Origin: Candidatus Poribacteria bacterium
GTDB taxonomy: Bacteria > Poribacteria > WGA-4E > WGA-3G
Reading direction: 5' to 3'
DNA length: 64,000 bases
NCBI GenBank assembly: GCA_022827885.1
Contig: JAJEIP010000066.1
Span: 142,292-206,291 of the forward strand
Shown here: positions 36,272 to 46,284 of the stretch, in pieces
How the letters are laid out: the number at the start of each line of letters is the position of its first letter
Numbering within the stretch: position 1 is the stretch's first letter
Notes under the pieces: model-generated
What the model was told of the DNA's origin: nothing
The model's database searches: none
Seen by the model: the letters and a program-made list of their open reading frames with translations, nothing else
Translations under genes and position numbers: made by a program

Positions 36272-39200
36272 ATGACAAAGAAATTTTTTTACCTCTATAT
36301 CCTTGGTCTATTTGTCCAGTCACAATTAGTCTTTGCCCAAAGCAATTCGGACGATTTTCCTTACATCACTGAAACACCGGGAGAATTGATCGTTCGTTTA
36401 CATCCGGATGCGTCCGGTGAGCACCTCGAAAGGTTGAGTAGACAACTCGGTGCGATGTCTGTTTTCCCTGTTTTTCCCGCGACTACGCCTGGTGGACAAC
36501 ACCCTCGGCTCCGTCGTATCTATCTGATTCGGTTTCCGAAAAGTTGGCGATTGGACCCCTTACGGCGACGGTATGAAAGGCACCCTACCATTGAAGCGGT
36601 TGAGGTGAATCGCCTCAACCAGTTCTGTGCAAAAACCCCACCGAACGATCCAAGCTACGTGGAGCAGTGGAATCTGGATGTCCTCAATATAAGGCAAGCA
36701 TGGAATATAGAACAAGGAGAACCACACGTAACAGTGGCAGTCGTTGATAGCGGGATTGCGACCCAGCACCCTGAATTGCGTTCACAGATTTGGGAGAACG
36801 TCGGTGAGATTCCAAGAAATGGTATTGACGATGATGGCAACGGGTACGTTGACGACAAAAACGGATGGGATTTCAGCGACGCGCCGACGCTTCCGGGCAG
36901 TGGCGATTGGACAGTCCGCGATAACGATCCCGAAGATGAAACTGGACACGGAACACACGTCTCCGGTATCATCGCCGCGGCGGCGAACAATGGACGTGGG
37001 ATCGCTGGGATCGCGCCGAACTGCCGTTTGATGCCTCTCAGAGCCGGTTTCAAGTATGGGGGCGGTGCGTATCTCCAGAATGACGATCTCGCCGCCGCTA
37101 TTGTTTACGCCGCCGACAATGGGGCACGCGTGATTAATATGAGTTGGGGGGATACGGTGCGTGCTTTTATCATAGAAGATGCCATAGAATACGCCTATCA
37201 GCGCGGGTGTGTCTTGGTGGGTGCCGCAGGCAATTCGGCGACAATCGGTTCTTACTATCCTGCTGCTCTTAAATCCGTTATCTCCGTCGCAGGGCTTGGA
37301 CAGGAAAAGCAGTTGTATGATGGTTCTAATTTTGGGGCTACGATTAACATCGCCGCGCCCGGTGAGGAGATTCTCAGCACGGCACTGAATGGGGAGTACG
37401 GAAAGAGAGACGGGACCTCCATGGCAGCTGCGCACGTCTCTGGGGTCGCCGCGCTCGTCTTGTCGGCAAATCCGAACGCCACCAACATACGGATTCAAGA
37501 GAAGTTGATCGCGACTGCAAAACCACTTTTCATTACTGAACTCGTTGGTGCAGGGGCATTGGATGCTTATGCGGCGCTCGCGGAAACCTCGATCTCGCTT
37601 GTTGCGGAAATTAATGCGCAACGGACATCGCAACACGCCTTCGGTGGAGAACAATCTCACGGTGGTGTTGAAATTGTCGGTACGGAGATAGCGCGCGCGG
37701 TTATCTTCGATAGAATTGAAATCATCGGCAGTGCCGGTGGGACTGAATTTTCTGAATACTGGTTGGAGTATGGCATCGGCGAGGTCCCGGAGTTATGGTA
37801 TCCGTTGGGCGCTGTGCAAACTGAACCGAAATTTAGGGCGTGTCTACACAAGTGGGACACTTCTACTTTGGCGGAAGGCAGGTATACGCTGCGACTGAGT
37901 GTTAAATCTGGAAATGGAGACGTCAAGAGAGTCAAGACGGTTGTTGACGTGGTGCACGAAGTGCCTCTTGTTATAAAGCATGAAGCGCAACCGTGGCTGG
38001 CAGGAAACAGATTCAATGCGGTGGTGATGTGGGAAACGGAAGCATTAACGACAGGCAAAATCCAAATTCTTGAGGCGAACGGAAATATCAATAGAACGGG
38101 GCATTCAGACGCGGAGAACTTACTTCATTTCGTCAATATGTCGGATTTAGGCGTGCCGCCCGGCACTTATTTGTACCGGTTAGCGGTGAAAAGTAGCGCC
38201 GGGGAACTGCACATTGATGACAACAACGGCAGGTTATATCAGTTTGGCGTGGACGATACCTCGATTGATATATCACATCTCCGACAAGTCGCATCCATTG
38301 ACAGTGGATTGCACGTTATCGCCTCCCCGGTGGATATAAACAGAAACGGGAAGTTGGAACTCTTTGCCGTTGAAATGGCGACCGGCACGGCACACGTTCT
38401 TGAAATAGCAGATGACGGAACGGGCGAACAGATTTTTTCATTTCCTGAATCACTGTGGCCCTGGGCGGCAGCGGATACGGATAACGATGGACTTATAGAG
38501 GTGTTGTGCAACGCTTCGGGCGCGACATTTTTGCTGGAGCAACCCGCACGAGGTGAACTTCCAACGGAACGTATCTGGGAAGCACGCGGACAGTGGAGCC
38601 GGACAATCGCAGATGTGGATGCAGACGGCACACCGGAGATATTCGCTCGTGATGATGTCACGAACACTATTTCGGTATACGAAGCGGTCGAAAATAACGA
38701 CTATCGAATTGTAGCGACCCTTGAAAACTCGATGTGGGGAAACACCGGAATTAGTGCGAATTTCGCCACGGGCGATTTTGACGGTGATGGACGGACAGAG
38801 ATTTTAGCGGGGGATAACAGTGGGAGAGTGTTCATACACGAGGCGGTTGGAAACGACGAATACAGACAAACGTGGATACACACGCTTCCTGAAGGAATAC
38901 CACAACTTTTTGCCGCTGGGGATATGGATGGCGATGGGACCGCCGAGTTTGCTATCTGCGCCAAAACGGGTACCCAAGTCGGCACTACACAACTTGATAT
39001 TCGTTATCATCACTGGCTTTTAACTGTCTTCAAATCAGAGGGTGATGATATCTATCGTGCCGTGTGGACACAACGCATCCGTGATGTGCGGGATGGCGGA
39101 AATGGAATGACGATTGCGGACGCGAATAACGATGGTCGCAATGAACTTTGCATCGCTGTTCAGCCTAACTTCTATCTCGTGCAACATGACGGAATAGGCT

Positions 39201-39949
39201 ATCGACCTATCTGGCACCACCCTTCAACAAGTACTTTCAATCCGATTGTCGTTGATCTGAATGGCGATGGCGCAAAGGCACTGCTGTTTAATAGTAATAA
39301 TGCCTTGACCGTTTTTGAGACTTCTGGAGTGGTTACGCCCAGTCCACCGTCCACATCAGTATCTGTCGCGCCAACACAGCGACCGCGCTTGCATACCGCG
39401 GTACATTCACCACCGAATCAGCTCTTGTTGGAGTTTGACAAACCGATGGGTATCTCTGCGACGAATGCTGGACGTTACCGTCTGCACAAGCAGGGAAACT
39501 CGGAAAACGGTTCGGAACGTTACACGCCACGCTCCGCTATCCTTGACAAAGCAGGAAAGCGGGTTGTTCTTACATTCTCGCCAGAAGTCTTCCGCACGGG
39601 CAATCGCTATCAGATTGAGGCACTACAACTTTCGGATATATACGGTGCCGATCTCGCAGAGGATGCCAGAATGTTGACAATACTGCTTCCGGCACCCATG
39701 CTTGCCGAGGTGATTGTCTATCCCAATCCAGTGACAACGTGTAATCAGGTTACATTTGATAAACTACCGGCGGGAACGGACGTTTATATCTACGATGTGA
39801 GTGGAAACTGTATTGCATCACTGACTCGGACGGAATATGAAAGAGATAGGCGGGTTTGGGAACTTTTTGGGGTCAGCAGTGGGGTCTATATTTATGTCCT
39901 TTCGTCTGAAAAGGGTCAACGCATCGGCAAGTTCTCCGTCATTCGCTAA
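36272..39949 (+). CDS. secreted S8 subtilisin-like peptidase with FG-GAP/VCBS repeats and a T9SS-type C-terminal sorting domain
   Basis: Signal peptide. Catalytic triad motifs VAVVDSGI, HGTHVSGIIAA and GTSMAAAHVSG. Repeats such as DVDADGTPEIF and DFDGDGRTEILAG. C-terminus VYPNPV...GVYIYVL...KFSVIR. Confidence 0.85.
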   Translation: MTKKFFYLYILGLFVQSQLVFAQSNSDDFPYITETPGELIVRLHPDASGEHLERLSRQLGAMSVFPVFPATTPGGQHPRLRRIYLIRFPKSWRLDPLRRRYERHPTIEAVEVNRLNQFCAKTPPNDPSYVEQWNLDVLNIRQAWNIEQGEPHVTVAVVDSGIATQHPELRSQIWENVGEIPRNGIDDDGNGYVDDKNGWDFSDAPTLPGSGDWTVRDNDPEDETGHGTHVSGIIAAAANNGRGIAGIAPNCRLMPLRAGFKYGGGAYLQNDDLAAAIVYAADNGARVINMSWGDTVRAFIIEDAIEYAYQRGCVLVGAAGNSATIGSYYPAALKSVISVAGLGQEKQLYDGSNFGATINIAAPGEEILSTALNGEYGKRDGTSMAAAHVSGVAALVLSANPNATNIRIQEKLIATAKPLFITELVGAGALDAYAALAETSISLVAEINAQRTSQHAFGGEQSHGGVEIVGTEIARAVIFDRIEIIGSAGGTEFSEYWLEYGIGEVPELWYPLGAVQTEPKFRACLHKWDTSTLAEGRYTLRLSVKSGNGDVKRVKTVVDVVHEVPLVIKHEAQPWLAGNRFNAVVMWETEALTTGKIQILEANGNINRTGHSDAENLLHFVNMSDLGVPPGTYLYRLAVKSSAGELHIDDNNGRLYQFGVDDTSIDISHLRQVASIDSGLHVIASPVDINRNGKLELFAVEMATGTAHVLEIADDGTGEQIFSFPESLWPWAAADTDNDGLIEVLCNASGATFLLEQPARGELPTERIWEARGQWSRTIADVDADGTPEIFARDDVTNTISVYEAVENNDYRIVATLENSMWGNTGISANFATGDFDGDGRTEILAGDNSGRVFIHEAVGNDEYRQTWIHTLPEGIPQLFAAGDMDGDGTAEFAICAKTGTQVGTTQLDIRYHHWLLTVFKSEGDDIYRAVWTQRIRDVRDGGNGMTIADANNDGRNELCIAVQPNFYLVQHDGIGYRPIWHHPSTSTFNPIVVDLNGDGAKALLFNSNNALTVFETSGVVTPSPPSTSVSVAPTQRPRLHTAVHSPPNQLLLEFDKPMGISATNAGRYRLHKQGNSENGSERYTPRSAILDKAGKRVVLTFSPEVFRTGNRYQIEALQLSDIYGADLAEDARMLTILLPAPMLAEVIVYPNPVTTCNQVTFDKLPAGTDVYIYDVSGNCIASLTRTEYERDRRVWELFGVSSGVYIYVLSSEKGQRIGKFSVIR

Positions 39950-40040
39950 CTAAAGTCTGGTAAAGTTGAAAGACGTTTATGAGGCGATAACTTTAGCGCA
40001 CTTCAGTACACTTTCGCACACTTCGAAACTTTCTTGAGGG

Positions 40041-42131
40041 CTATTCCATTGTATTGAGCGAGACAAAAGCCGGATTGAGTTTGAACACGTTTCGGATCGC
40101 TTCTATTGCCTTCTGCCGTTCGTTGGCTTTTAGCGCGACCTGCGCCAGGTGATAATGCGGCTCAACAGCATCGCTCTGTAGGTTGATGGCGCGTTCCAAG
40201 GTTTTCATCCCCTTGTTCACTTGTCCTCGCTTCGATAAAATCCAACCGAGGGTGTCGTGATAAGCAGCGACATCCGGGTTCAACGTTACGGCTGTATAGG
40301 CTAACGCCTCAGCCAGACGTAGACTCGGGAGAGAAGTCTGTAAGCGTGGAAGATTGGAAGATCGCGGAGGGGTCTCTACCTTCCACGCTTCTAACCTTCC
40401 GACCCTCCAATCTTTCATCCAAATAGGGTTCGGATAATTATCCGCATAGAGGCGTGCGAGGTTATTGTATGCCTCACCATATTTTGGTACAAGCTGTATC
40501 GCTTTTTCGTAGGCGCGTTTTGCGTCCAGCACACGCCCGAGTTTCATATACGCCGTCCCAAGAATATTGTAGGTTTCATAGTCGCGGGTTATTCCTGCTT
40601 CTACCGACGTAAGTGGATAAACCCCGACGAGTGAAGCCTCGGCGGCAAATACATCGGGGTTTTCATGCGCTTTCGCTTCTAAGAACAACTCATACGCTTC
40701 AACGGCAAGCGCGTGCTGACCTTCCTTAAAATACGCGAATCCGAGTTTCCGATAGAAACTAACCGGAAGAGCGCCGAGGCCCCTGCTCAATTCATACGAA
40801 TTAATGGCTTTTCTGTAATAGCCCTCCTGAATGTAGAAATCCCCTTCCGCCAATGAGCGCTTTACTAATTCCGGTAGTTCACTCATAGAAAGCCCAAAAC
40901 GAGAGAGTGGACTTAACTCCATTTTTGTGTGTTTCTGATATTGGGTGAAACCGATTGTAACGATAACCAAAACAGCCCACAATATTAGATACGCTCGCGT
41001 TCGCTGCACCCATTGCTTGGAGAGATACCTGCCGGGGTGTATGAGCGTCAGAAAGAAGTTCGTCTGTGCGGGCTCAAGCGCAGTGCCCTTCGGATCATAC
41101 GGGACGGTAGACGCATTCGGGGCTAATACCGGGAGATTGACGGATGAACCGGCAAGACGAGATGAGCGGGCAATGGATTCTGCTAAATCATCTATCTCCT
41201 GATCTTCTTTCTCTCGTTGTGTTGATTCCGTATCGATCCTTAAAGTATCTGTCGGTGTTTCTGCTTGGGACTGTTTTTGCTCGGATACTTTCTGCGGATT
41301 TTCTCGGGTTTCATCTGCAGACGTATCCGATTCATCGTCGAACTGCACATAATCCTGCGTATCCGTTACGTCATCTGCGGATTCCGTTTCCCGCGGAACA
41401 TCGACGCGTTCATCCGCGGCTGCTGTATACGCCGGTATATCCGTTATCTCGTCTGAATCAACAGAAGGCCTTATGAATATTTTTTCAAATTCTGTTGGCT
41501 GTTTCTCACCAGACGCAACTGTCTCCGTATCTTGCACCGCTTCTATAAACAGATCGTCGGGTGAAGTCGCTTGAGAACCCGCCGTGCTATGCGAAGAAAC
41601 ATTCGGTTCCGATTCTATTATGTCGTCTTCTGGTGTGGTTTGTGAATCTATAAAATCCGCTGTCGGTGACGGTTCATTTGGATCTATCTGCGCAGTATGC
41701 AGGACAGATTCAGACGCTTCCGGGGGTGAAGTGCCGCCATTGGCATAACGCCCTTCAATCCGAGCCATGCTTTTCTTCGCTTCGATCCGCGTGAGCATAG
41801 AGCCGGTAGTGCGAAGCGATTCGAGTATAGGCAGCGCATCAGGGGTTGCCAATTCACCAATCGCTTCAAGCAGTGCCCAACGCGTTAAATCGTTTGACTC
41901 CACCTGCAACGCTTCAAGCAACGGTTGCATAGCCCGAGTCGCGTCCATTTGTTGAAGTGCCATCGCGGCTTCGCGTCGGACCATGGAATCTGAATCGGCA
42001 AGCACTTCAATTAGGGTTTCTATTCCGTGTGTGCTACCCTGCGAAACAAGATTCACAATAGCACTGCAGCGGACAACGCTCGGTTGCGTTGTGTTCATTA
42101 AATTCTGGATAAGTTGTTCAACAGATAACAT
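40041..42131 (-). CDS. HEAT-repeat / acidic linker / TM / TPR-repeat protein
   Basis: N-terminal PBS-lyase-type HEAT units (LADSDSMVRREAAMAL), a D/E/T-rich low-complexity stretch, one hydrophobic segment (AYLILWAVLVIVTIGF) and C-terminal TPR units. Confidence 0.75.
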   Translation of the reverse strand: MLSVEQLIQNLMNTTQPSVVRCSAIVNLVSQGSTHGIETLIEVLADSDSMVRREAAMALQQMDATRAMQPLLEALQVESNDLTRWALLEAIGELATPDALPILESLRTTGSMLTRIEAKKSMARIEGRYANGGTSPPEASESVLHTAQIDPNEPSPTADFIDSQTTPEDDIIESEPNVSSHSTAGSQATSPDDLFIEAVQDTETVASGEKQPTEFEKIFIRPSVDSDEITDIPAYTAAADERVDVPRETESADDVTDTQDYVQFDDESDTSADETRENPQKVSEQKQSQAETPTDTLRIDTESTQREKEDQEIDDLAESIARSSRLAGSSVNLPVLAPNASTVPYDPKGTALEPAQTNFFLTLIHPGRYLSKQWVQRTRAYLILWAVLVIVTIGFTQYQKHTKMELSPLSRFGLSMSELPELVKRSLAEGDFYIQEGYYRKAINSYELSRGLGALPVSFYRKLGFAYFKEGQHALAVEAYELFLEAKAHENPDVFAAEASLVGVYPLTSVEAGITRDYETYNILGTAYMKLGRVLDAKRAYEKAIQLVPKYGEAYNNLARLYADNYPNPIWMKDWRVGRLEAWKVETPPRSSNLPRLQTSLPSLRLAEALAYTAVTLNPDVAAYHDTLGWILSKRGQVNKGMKTLERAINLQSDAVEPHYHLAQVALKANERQKAIEAIRNVFKLNPAFVSLNTME
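40337..40444. repeat. palindromic GGAAGATT-type element embedded in frame in the TPR gene
   Basis: AAGCGTGGAAG (40342-40352) and CTTCCACGCTT (40380-40390) form a perfect 11 nt inverted repeat. A purine arm GGAAGATTGGAAG faces a pyrimidine arm CCTTCC..CTCCAATC. Ends with the 14 nt palindrome CGGATAATTATCCG (40431-40444). Confidence 0.65.
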
Positions 42132-42300
42132 AATTCCTCAGATGGATCTGAAGTTACGCGTCTATTTTTAAGACACTCTCCCAATTAATCAAACGATTTT
42201 TGCGGGAAAAAGGTTTCAAACCTTATATTGATTATCATCTATCAGGTGTCCGTCCTCATTTAACAACAATTTCCTCGTGTTACGGATAACTGAAAACCAT

Positions 42301-42329
42301 TTGACATTTTGCGAAAAACTCCGTATCAT
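42301..42329 (+). promoter_or_regulatory. sigma70-type promoter (TTGACA-17 nt-TATCAT)
   Basis: Read directly. About 35 nt upstream of the ATG at 42366. Confidence 0.55.
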
Positions 42330-42365
42330 AAAGTGTATATCTTTTTCTGGATATCGGAGAAATTT

Positions 42366-43988
42366 ATGAAACACAGATGTTTTACGCAGATTCTCTTAGT
42401 GACGCTTCTAATATCGCTACTTGCGGGATTTTCCCCAATATTTGCCGACTCACACCTATTTTCCCCAGTGTTTCCCGACGCACCCCTAAAGCGTGGTGGC
42501 ACCCTAATATTCGGGCGCGGCGGCGACTCTGTGGGATTAGATCCGGCTCTCGAGGAAGATGGAGAATCCTTCAAGGTTTGCGATAATATCTACGATACGC
42601 TCGTTCAATACAAAGATGAAAGCACTGAACTTGAACCTGGTCTCGCAACACATTGGGAAAGCTCAACGGATGGTTTGATATGGACGTTTTACCTTCGCAA
42701 AGGCGTAACGTTTCATGATGGCACCCCTTTCAACGCCGAAGCCGTTCTCTTTTCCCTTAACCGACAGCACGATGATACACATCCTTTCCATAAAGTTGGC
42801 GGTAGTTATATTTACTGGATAGCAACGGGCTTGGCAGAGATTGTTGACAGAATTATCGCTGTTGATGACTATACCGTTCAAATTCACCTTAAAACGGCTT
42901 ATGCCCCTTTTATCTATACGATTGCAATAACCCCTTTCTCTATTGTTAGCCCAACAGCCGTGCAGAAATGGGGTGATGCGTTTTCCAATAACCCGGTCGG
43001 CACGGGTCCCTTTAAGTTCGTGCGATGGGATAGAGGAGATAAAATCGTGCTTGAAGCAAACGATACGTATTGGGGCGGACCGCCGCTGTTAGATAGAGTG
43101 ATCCTGCGCTCTATTCCTGATAACTCCGTGCGGCTTATTGAACTGCAGCAAGGCAATATCCACGCCATGGAGTTCCCAAATCCGGACGATTTTCAACAGA
43201 TCCGAGATGACGACACGCTCGAATTGTTATCGCAACCCGGCATGAGCATCGGGTACTTAGCGATGAACATGGATAAATCTCCTTTTGACATTCTCAATGT
43301 CCGACTCGCAATTAACCACGCTATCAACAAATCAGCAATTATTGAATACCTCTATCAAGGGTTGGGGATTCCGGCGAAGAACCCCATTCCACCAACACTC
43401 TGGGGGTATGATGATTTGATTGAAGATTACGCCTACGACCCGGAACTGGCGAAAAAACTTCTCGCTGAAGCAGGATATCCCAACGGTTTTGAGACAACGC
43501 TCTGGGCATTACCCGTTCCGCGTCCCTATATTCCTGATGGACGCGCCCTTGCAGAAGTTCTTCAATCCGAACTCCGAAATGTTGGAATCGAGACAAAAAT
43601 CGTGACCTTCGACTGGGGGACCTATCTTGAAAAAACGAAAAATGGGGAGCACGATATCGCGATGTTGGGATGGAGTGCCGATCTCGGGGACCCTGATAAC
43701 TTTCTCTACTTCCTTCTGAGTAAATCGTCAGCAGAGAAGCCCGCTGGCAATATCGCATTTTATCGCAGCGATGAAATGCAAGCCGTTTTAGAGCAGGCGA
43801 GAGCAACTTCAGATCGCGAGAAGCGAATTTCGCTCTACCAAAAAGCACAGCAGATCTTCCACAAAGATGTACCGTGGGTGCCATTGGCGCATGCGAAACA
43901 GATTTTAGTCATTAACAAAAAGGTCAAAAACCTTAAACTTCAACCCTTAAATTGGAAATACTTCCGCCAAATTTGGATCGAGGAATAG
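42366..43988 (+). CDS. ABC transporter substrate-binding protein, family 5 (peptide/nickel/opine type)
   Basis: Signal peptide MKHRCFTQILLVTLLISLLAG. Family-5 patterns DPA..ED..S..V..NIYDTLV and GTGPFKF. No cognate permease or ATPase genes are adjacent. Confidence 0.8.
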   Translation: MKHRCFTQILLVTLLISLLAGFSPIFADSHLFSPVFPDAPLKRGGTLIFGRGGDSVGLDPALEEDGESFKVCDNIYDTLVQYKDESTELEPGLATHWESSTDGLIWTFYLRKGVTFHDGTPFNAEAVLFSLNRQHDDTHPFHKVGGSYIYWIATGLAEIVDRIIAVDDYTVQIHLKTAYAPFIYTIAITPFSIVSPTAVQKWGDAFSNNPVGTGPFKFVRWDRGDKIVLEANDTYWGGPPLLDRVILRSIPDNSVRLIELQQGNIHAMEFPNPDDFQQIRDDDTLELLSQPGMSIGYLAMNMDKSPFDILNVRLAINHAINKSAIIEYLYQGLGIPAKNPIPPTLWGYDDLIEDYAYDPELAKKLLAEAGYPNGFETTLWALPVPRPYIPDGRALAEVLQSELRNVGIETKIVTFDWGTYLEKTKNGEHDIAMLGWSADLGDPDNFLYFLLSKSSAEKPAGNIAFYRSDEMQAVLEQARATSDREKRISLYQKAQQIFHKDVPWVPLAHAKQILVINKKVKNLKLQPLNWKYFRQIWIEE

Positions 43989-43990
43989 CT

Positions 43991-45016
43991 ATGAGCAAAT
44001 CCGTATTTCGCGTAGGTGTCACGCGGGACTTCTTGGGTCCGGATGGCACCTGCGATTTAGATGACATTGCCGGTCCGCTTTTTGACGAGGCAGGTCTACA
44101 CTGGGAATATATTGCAGAGAATACACCGGCATTACAAGCCGAACAAGTGCAGGATTATGACGCACTCTTAGTATTAGGGGCAGGTATCACAGCAGAAACG
44201 TTCACAGACGCTGACAAGTTGGCTGTCATTGCCCGCTTCGGTGTCGGATACGATAAGGTGGACGTGGAGGCTTGTACCGAAAATGGTGTGTTGCTAACGA
44301 TCGCTCCTGATGGTGTCCGTCGTCCTGTTGCCACCTCCATCATGACCTTTGTCCTATCGTTGGGTCACCAGTTGTTGATAAAGGATAGACTCATCCGTGC
44401 CGGAGGCTGGAGAAACACACAAAACTATAGAGGCATGGGGTTAGTCGGCAGAACGTTGGGACTTGTCGGCATGGGCAATATCGGAAAAGAGGCGTTTAAA
44501 CTGGCGAAACCTTTCGGGATGCGCCATATCACCTACGACCCTTACATCACACCTGCTGACGCAGCGGAAGTGGATGTGGAGCCCGTCGATCTGGATACCT
44601 TGATGCAAACGGCTGATTTTGTGTGTGTCTGCTGCCCATTAAACGAAGAAACGCGCGGACTCATTAACGCGAGACGTATCGGGTTGATGAAACCGACGGC
44701 TTATCTGATTAACACCGCACGCGGTCCAATCGTTGACCAAAAAGCACTCACAGAGGCACTTCAGAATCGACAAATTCAAGGCGCGGGCCTTGATGTGTTT
44801 GAACAGGAGCCAATTGACGACGACGATCCGCTCTTAAGTCTGGATAACGTTATCGTAACCCCACACAGTATTTGCTGGACGGATGAGTGTTTTGAGGGCA
44901 ATGCCAAGAGTGCGTGTGCGAGTATCATCAACGTGGCTTCTGGGAAAATGCCGTCGTATATTGTAAATCGGGAGGTTATAGATAACCCGAATCTACAGCA
45001 GAAGTTAGCGCGTTAA
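43991..45016 (+). CDS. D-isomer-specific 2-hydroxyacid dehydrogenase
   Basis: NAD motif GLVGMGNIGKEAFKLAKPFGM and the catalytic-region pattern INTARG..VD and TPH. Confidence 0.85.
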   Translation: MSKSVFRVGVTRDFLGPDGTCDLDDIAGPLFDEAGLHWEYIAENTPALQAEQVQDYDALLVLGAGITAETFTDADKLAVIARFGVGYDKVDVEACTENGVLLTIAPDGVRRPVATSIMTFVLSLGHQLLIKDRLIRAGGWRNTQNYRGMGLVGRTLGLVGMGNIGKEAFKLAKPFGMRHITYDPYITPADAAEVDVEPVDLDTLMQTADFVCVCCPLNEETRGLINARRIGLMKPTAYLINTARGPIVDQKALTEALQNRQIQGAGLDVFEQEPIDDDDPLLSLDNVIVTPHSICWTDECFEGNAKSACASIINVASGKMPSYIVNREVIDNPNLQQKLAR

Positions 45017-45045
45017 AACTCGTGTTAGGAAGAGGAAAACATATC

Positions 45046-46260
45046 ATGCAAGTCGATCGACAACAGTTCAGAGAGGAAGGTTACAATATTCTGCGGGAGG
45101 TTGTACCGAAGGCAGAACTCGAACCGTTACGCCGTAGTATCGAACACATGGTCAGCCGGAGAAAAGAACTTTCTGCGCAACGCCGTTTTCCGACCGATCC
45201 ACAAGGTGGCGATTGGGAGAGTTCAGCCCAACCGCGCTTGCAATTTGACACCGACTGTGATGAAGTATCTGGCGCCGCGATCGAATTTCTGCTGCATGAA
45301 AACACTCTCGGAGTTGGCCAGCAGTTGATGGCGGCAGAGCACGTCGTGCCACACCAATTTGCCTGCATCTGTAGTGGGAGTCGCGATGCCGGTCCGATGC
45401 ACTGGCATCGGGACATTGGTCCCGGTGAACCTGCGCCGCTGCGTGGAATGATCTCAAATATGGAACACCACGGACCGAGCTATCTCCAGTGGAATATCGC
45501 TTTGTATGACGATAGTGTATTCTGGATTGTCCCGCGCAGCCACCGCCGAATCAATACTGAGGCAGAGCACCAACAGCTCGCAGAAAATCCGTCTGTTCCA
45601 TTGCCGGGTGGGATGCCTGTCGAACTGAATGCCGGAGACGGTGTCGTGTACACACATCTATTGCTACATTGGGGAAGTTATTACAGCAGCAAGATGCGAC
45701 GGACACTTCATCCGGGTTACCGTCCGTTCGGTTTTGCGGCTTTACCCAACGTCCATTGGCGGCACTGGGAACCAGGATTCTATCATCATCTCTCCAATAC
45801 AGCACGTGAACAGTTTGAGGCATGGGACTCTCTCTTTTTTCAGGAGTTCGACCGGATAACCACTATTTTTCGTGCCATCATTAACGGAGATGCAGACAGA
45901 TTTCGCACTGAACTGGCGGCATTGCATCGCTCGCCACATGAGCGGATGGTGAGCATCGTTATGCTTTCGAAACTGGCTGGCAAACTTTATAACTTGAAGC
46001 ACACAACTGCGAATCCTGCCTCCTTATGGGGCAACGGTCGAGATATCATTTATCTCGGAAATCACTTTACGCCTGAACACGCATCCGAACTCTGGCAGCG
46101 ATTCCAGCCGCTTGACGAAAAACTGAAACTTCCGGAGGAGACCTATCAGCCCGGCTTCCAACGGAGGTCGGATTATAATCCAAACGATATGCCTACAGAT
46201 TTCGGTCTTGAAGATTTTATTACCAGTTGGGCAAATGAATCAGTTCCTGCTGATTCGTAA
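45046..46260 (+). CDS. phytanoyl-CoA dioxygenase family protein (long form)
   Basis: FREEGYNILREVV N-terminus, HWHRD facial-triad region and distal H (LLHWG). AGGAAGAGGA lies upstream. Confidence 0.7.
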   Translation: MQVDRQQFREEGYNILREVVPKAELEPLRRSIEHMVSRRKELSAQRRFPTDPQGGDWESSAQPRLQFDTDCDEVSGAAIEFLLHENTLGVGQQLMAAEHVVPHQFACICSGSRDAGPMHWHRDIGPGEPAPLRGMISNMEHHGPSYLQWNIALYDDSVFWIVPRSHRRINTEAEHQQLAENPSVPLPGGMPVELNAGDGVVYTHLLLHWGSYYSSKMRRTLHPGYRPFGFAALPNVHWRHWEPGFYHHLSNTAREQFEAWDSLFFQEFDRITTIFRAIINGDADRFRTELAALHRSPHERMVSIVMLSKLAGKLYNLKHTTANPASLWGNGRDIIYLGNHFTPEHASELWQRFQPLDEKLKLPEETYQPGFQRRSDYNPNDMPTDFGLEDFITSWANESVPADS

Positions 46261-46284
46261 CTTCACAAAACGCGGAGGAACATC

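Noticed and set aside
36782-37660. 292 aa ORF on the minus strand.
   Set aside because: It is antisense to the S8 peptidase catalytic domain, which has an intact triad. It is a shadow ORF.
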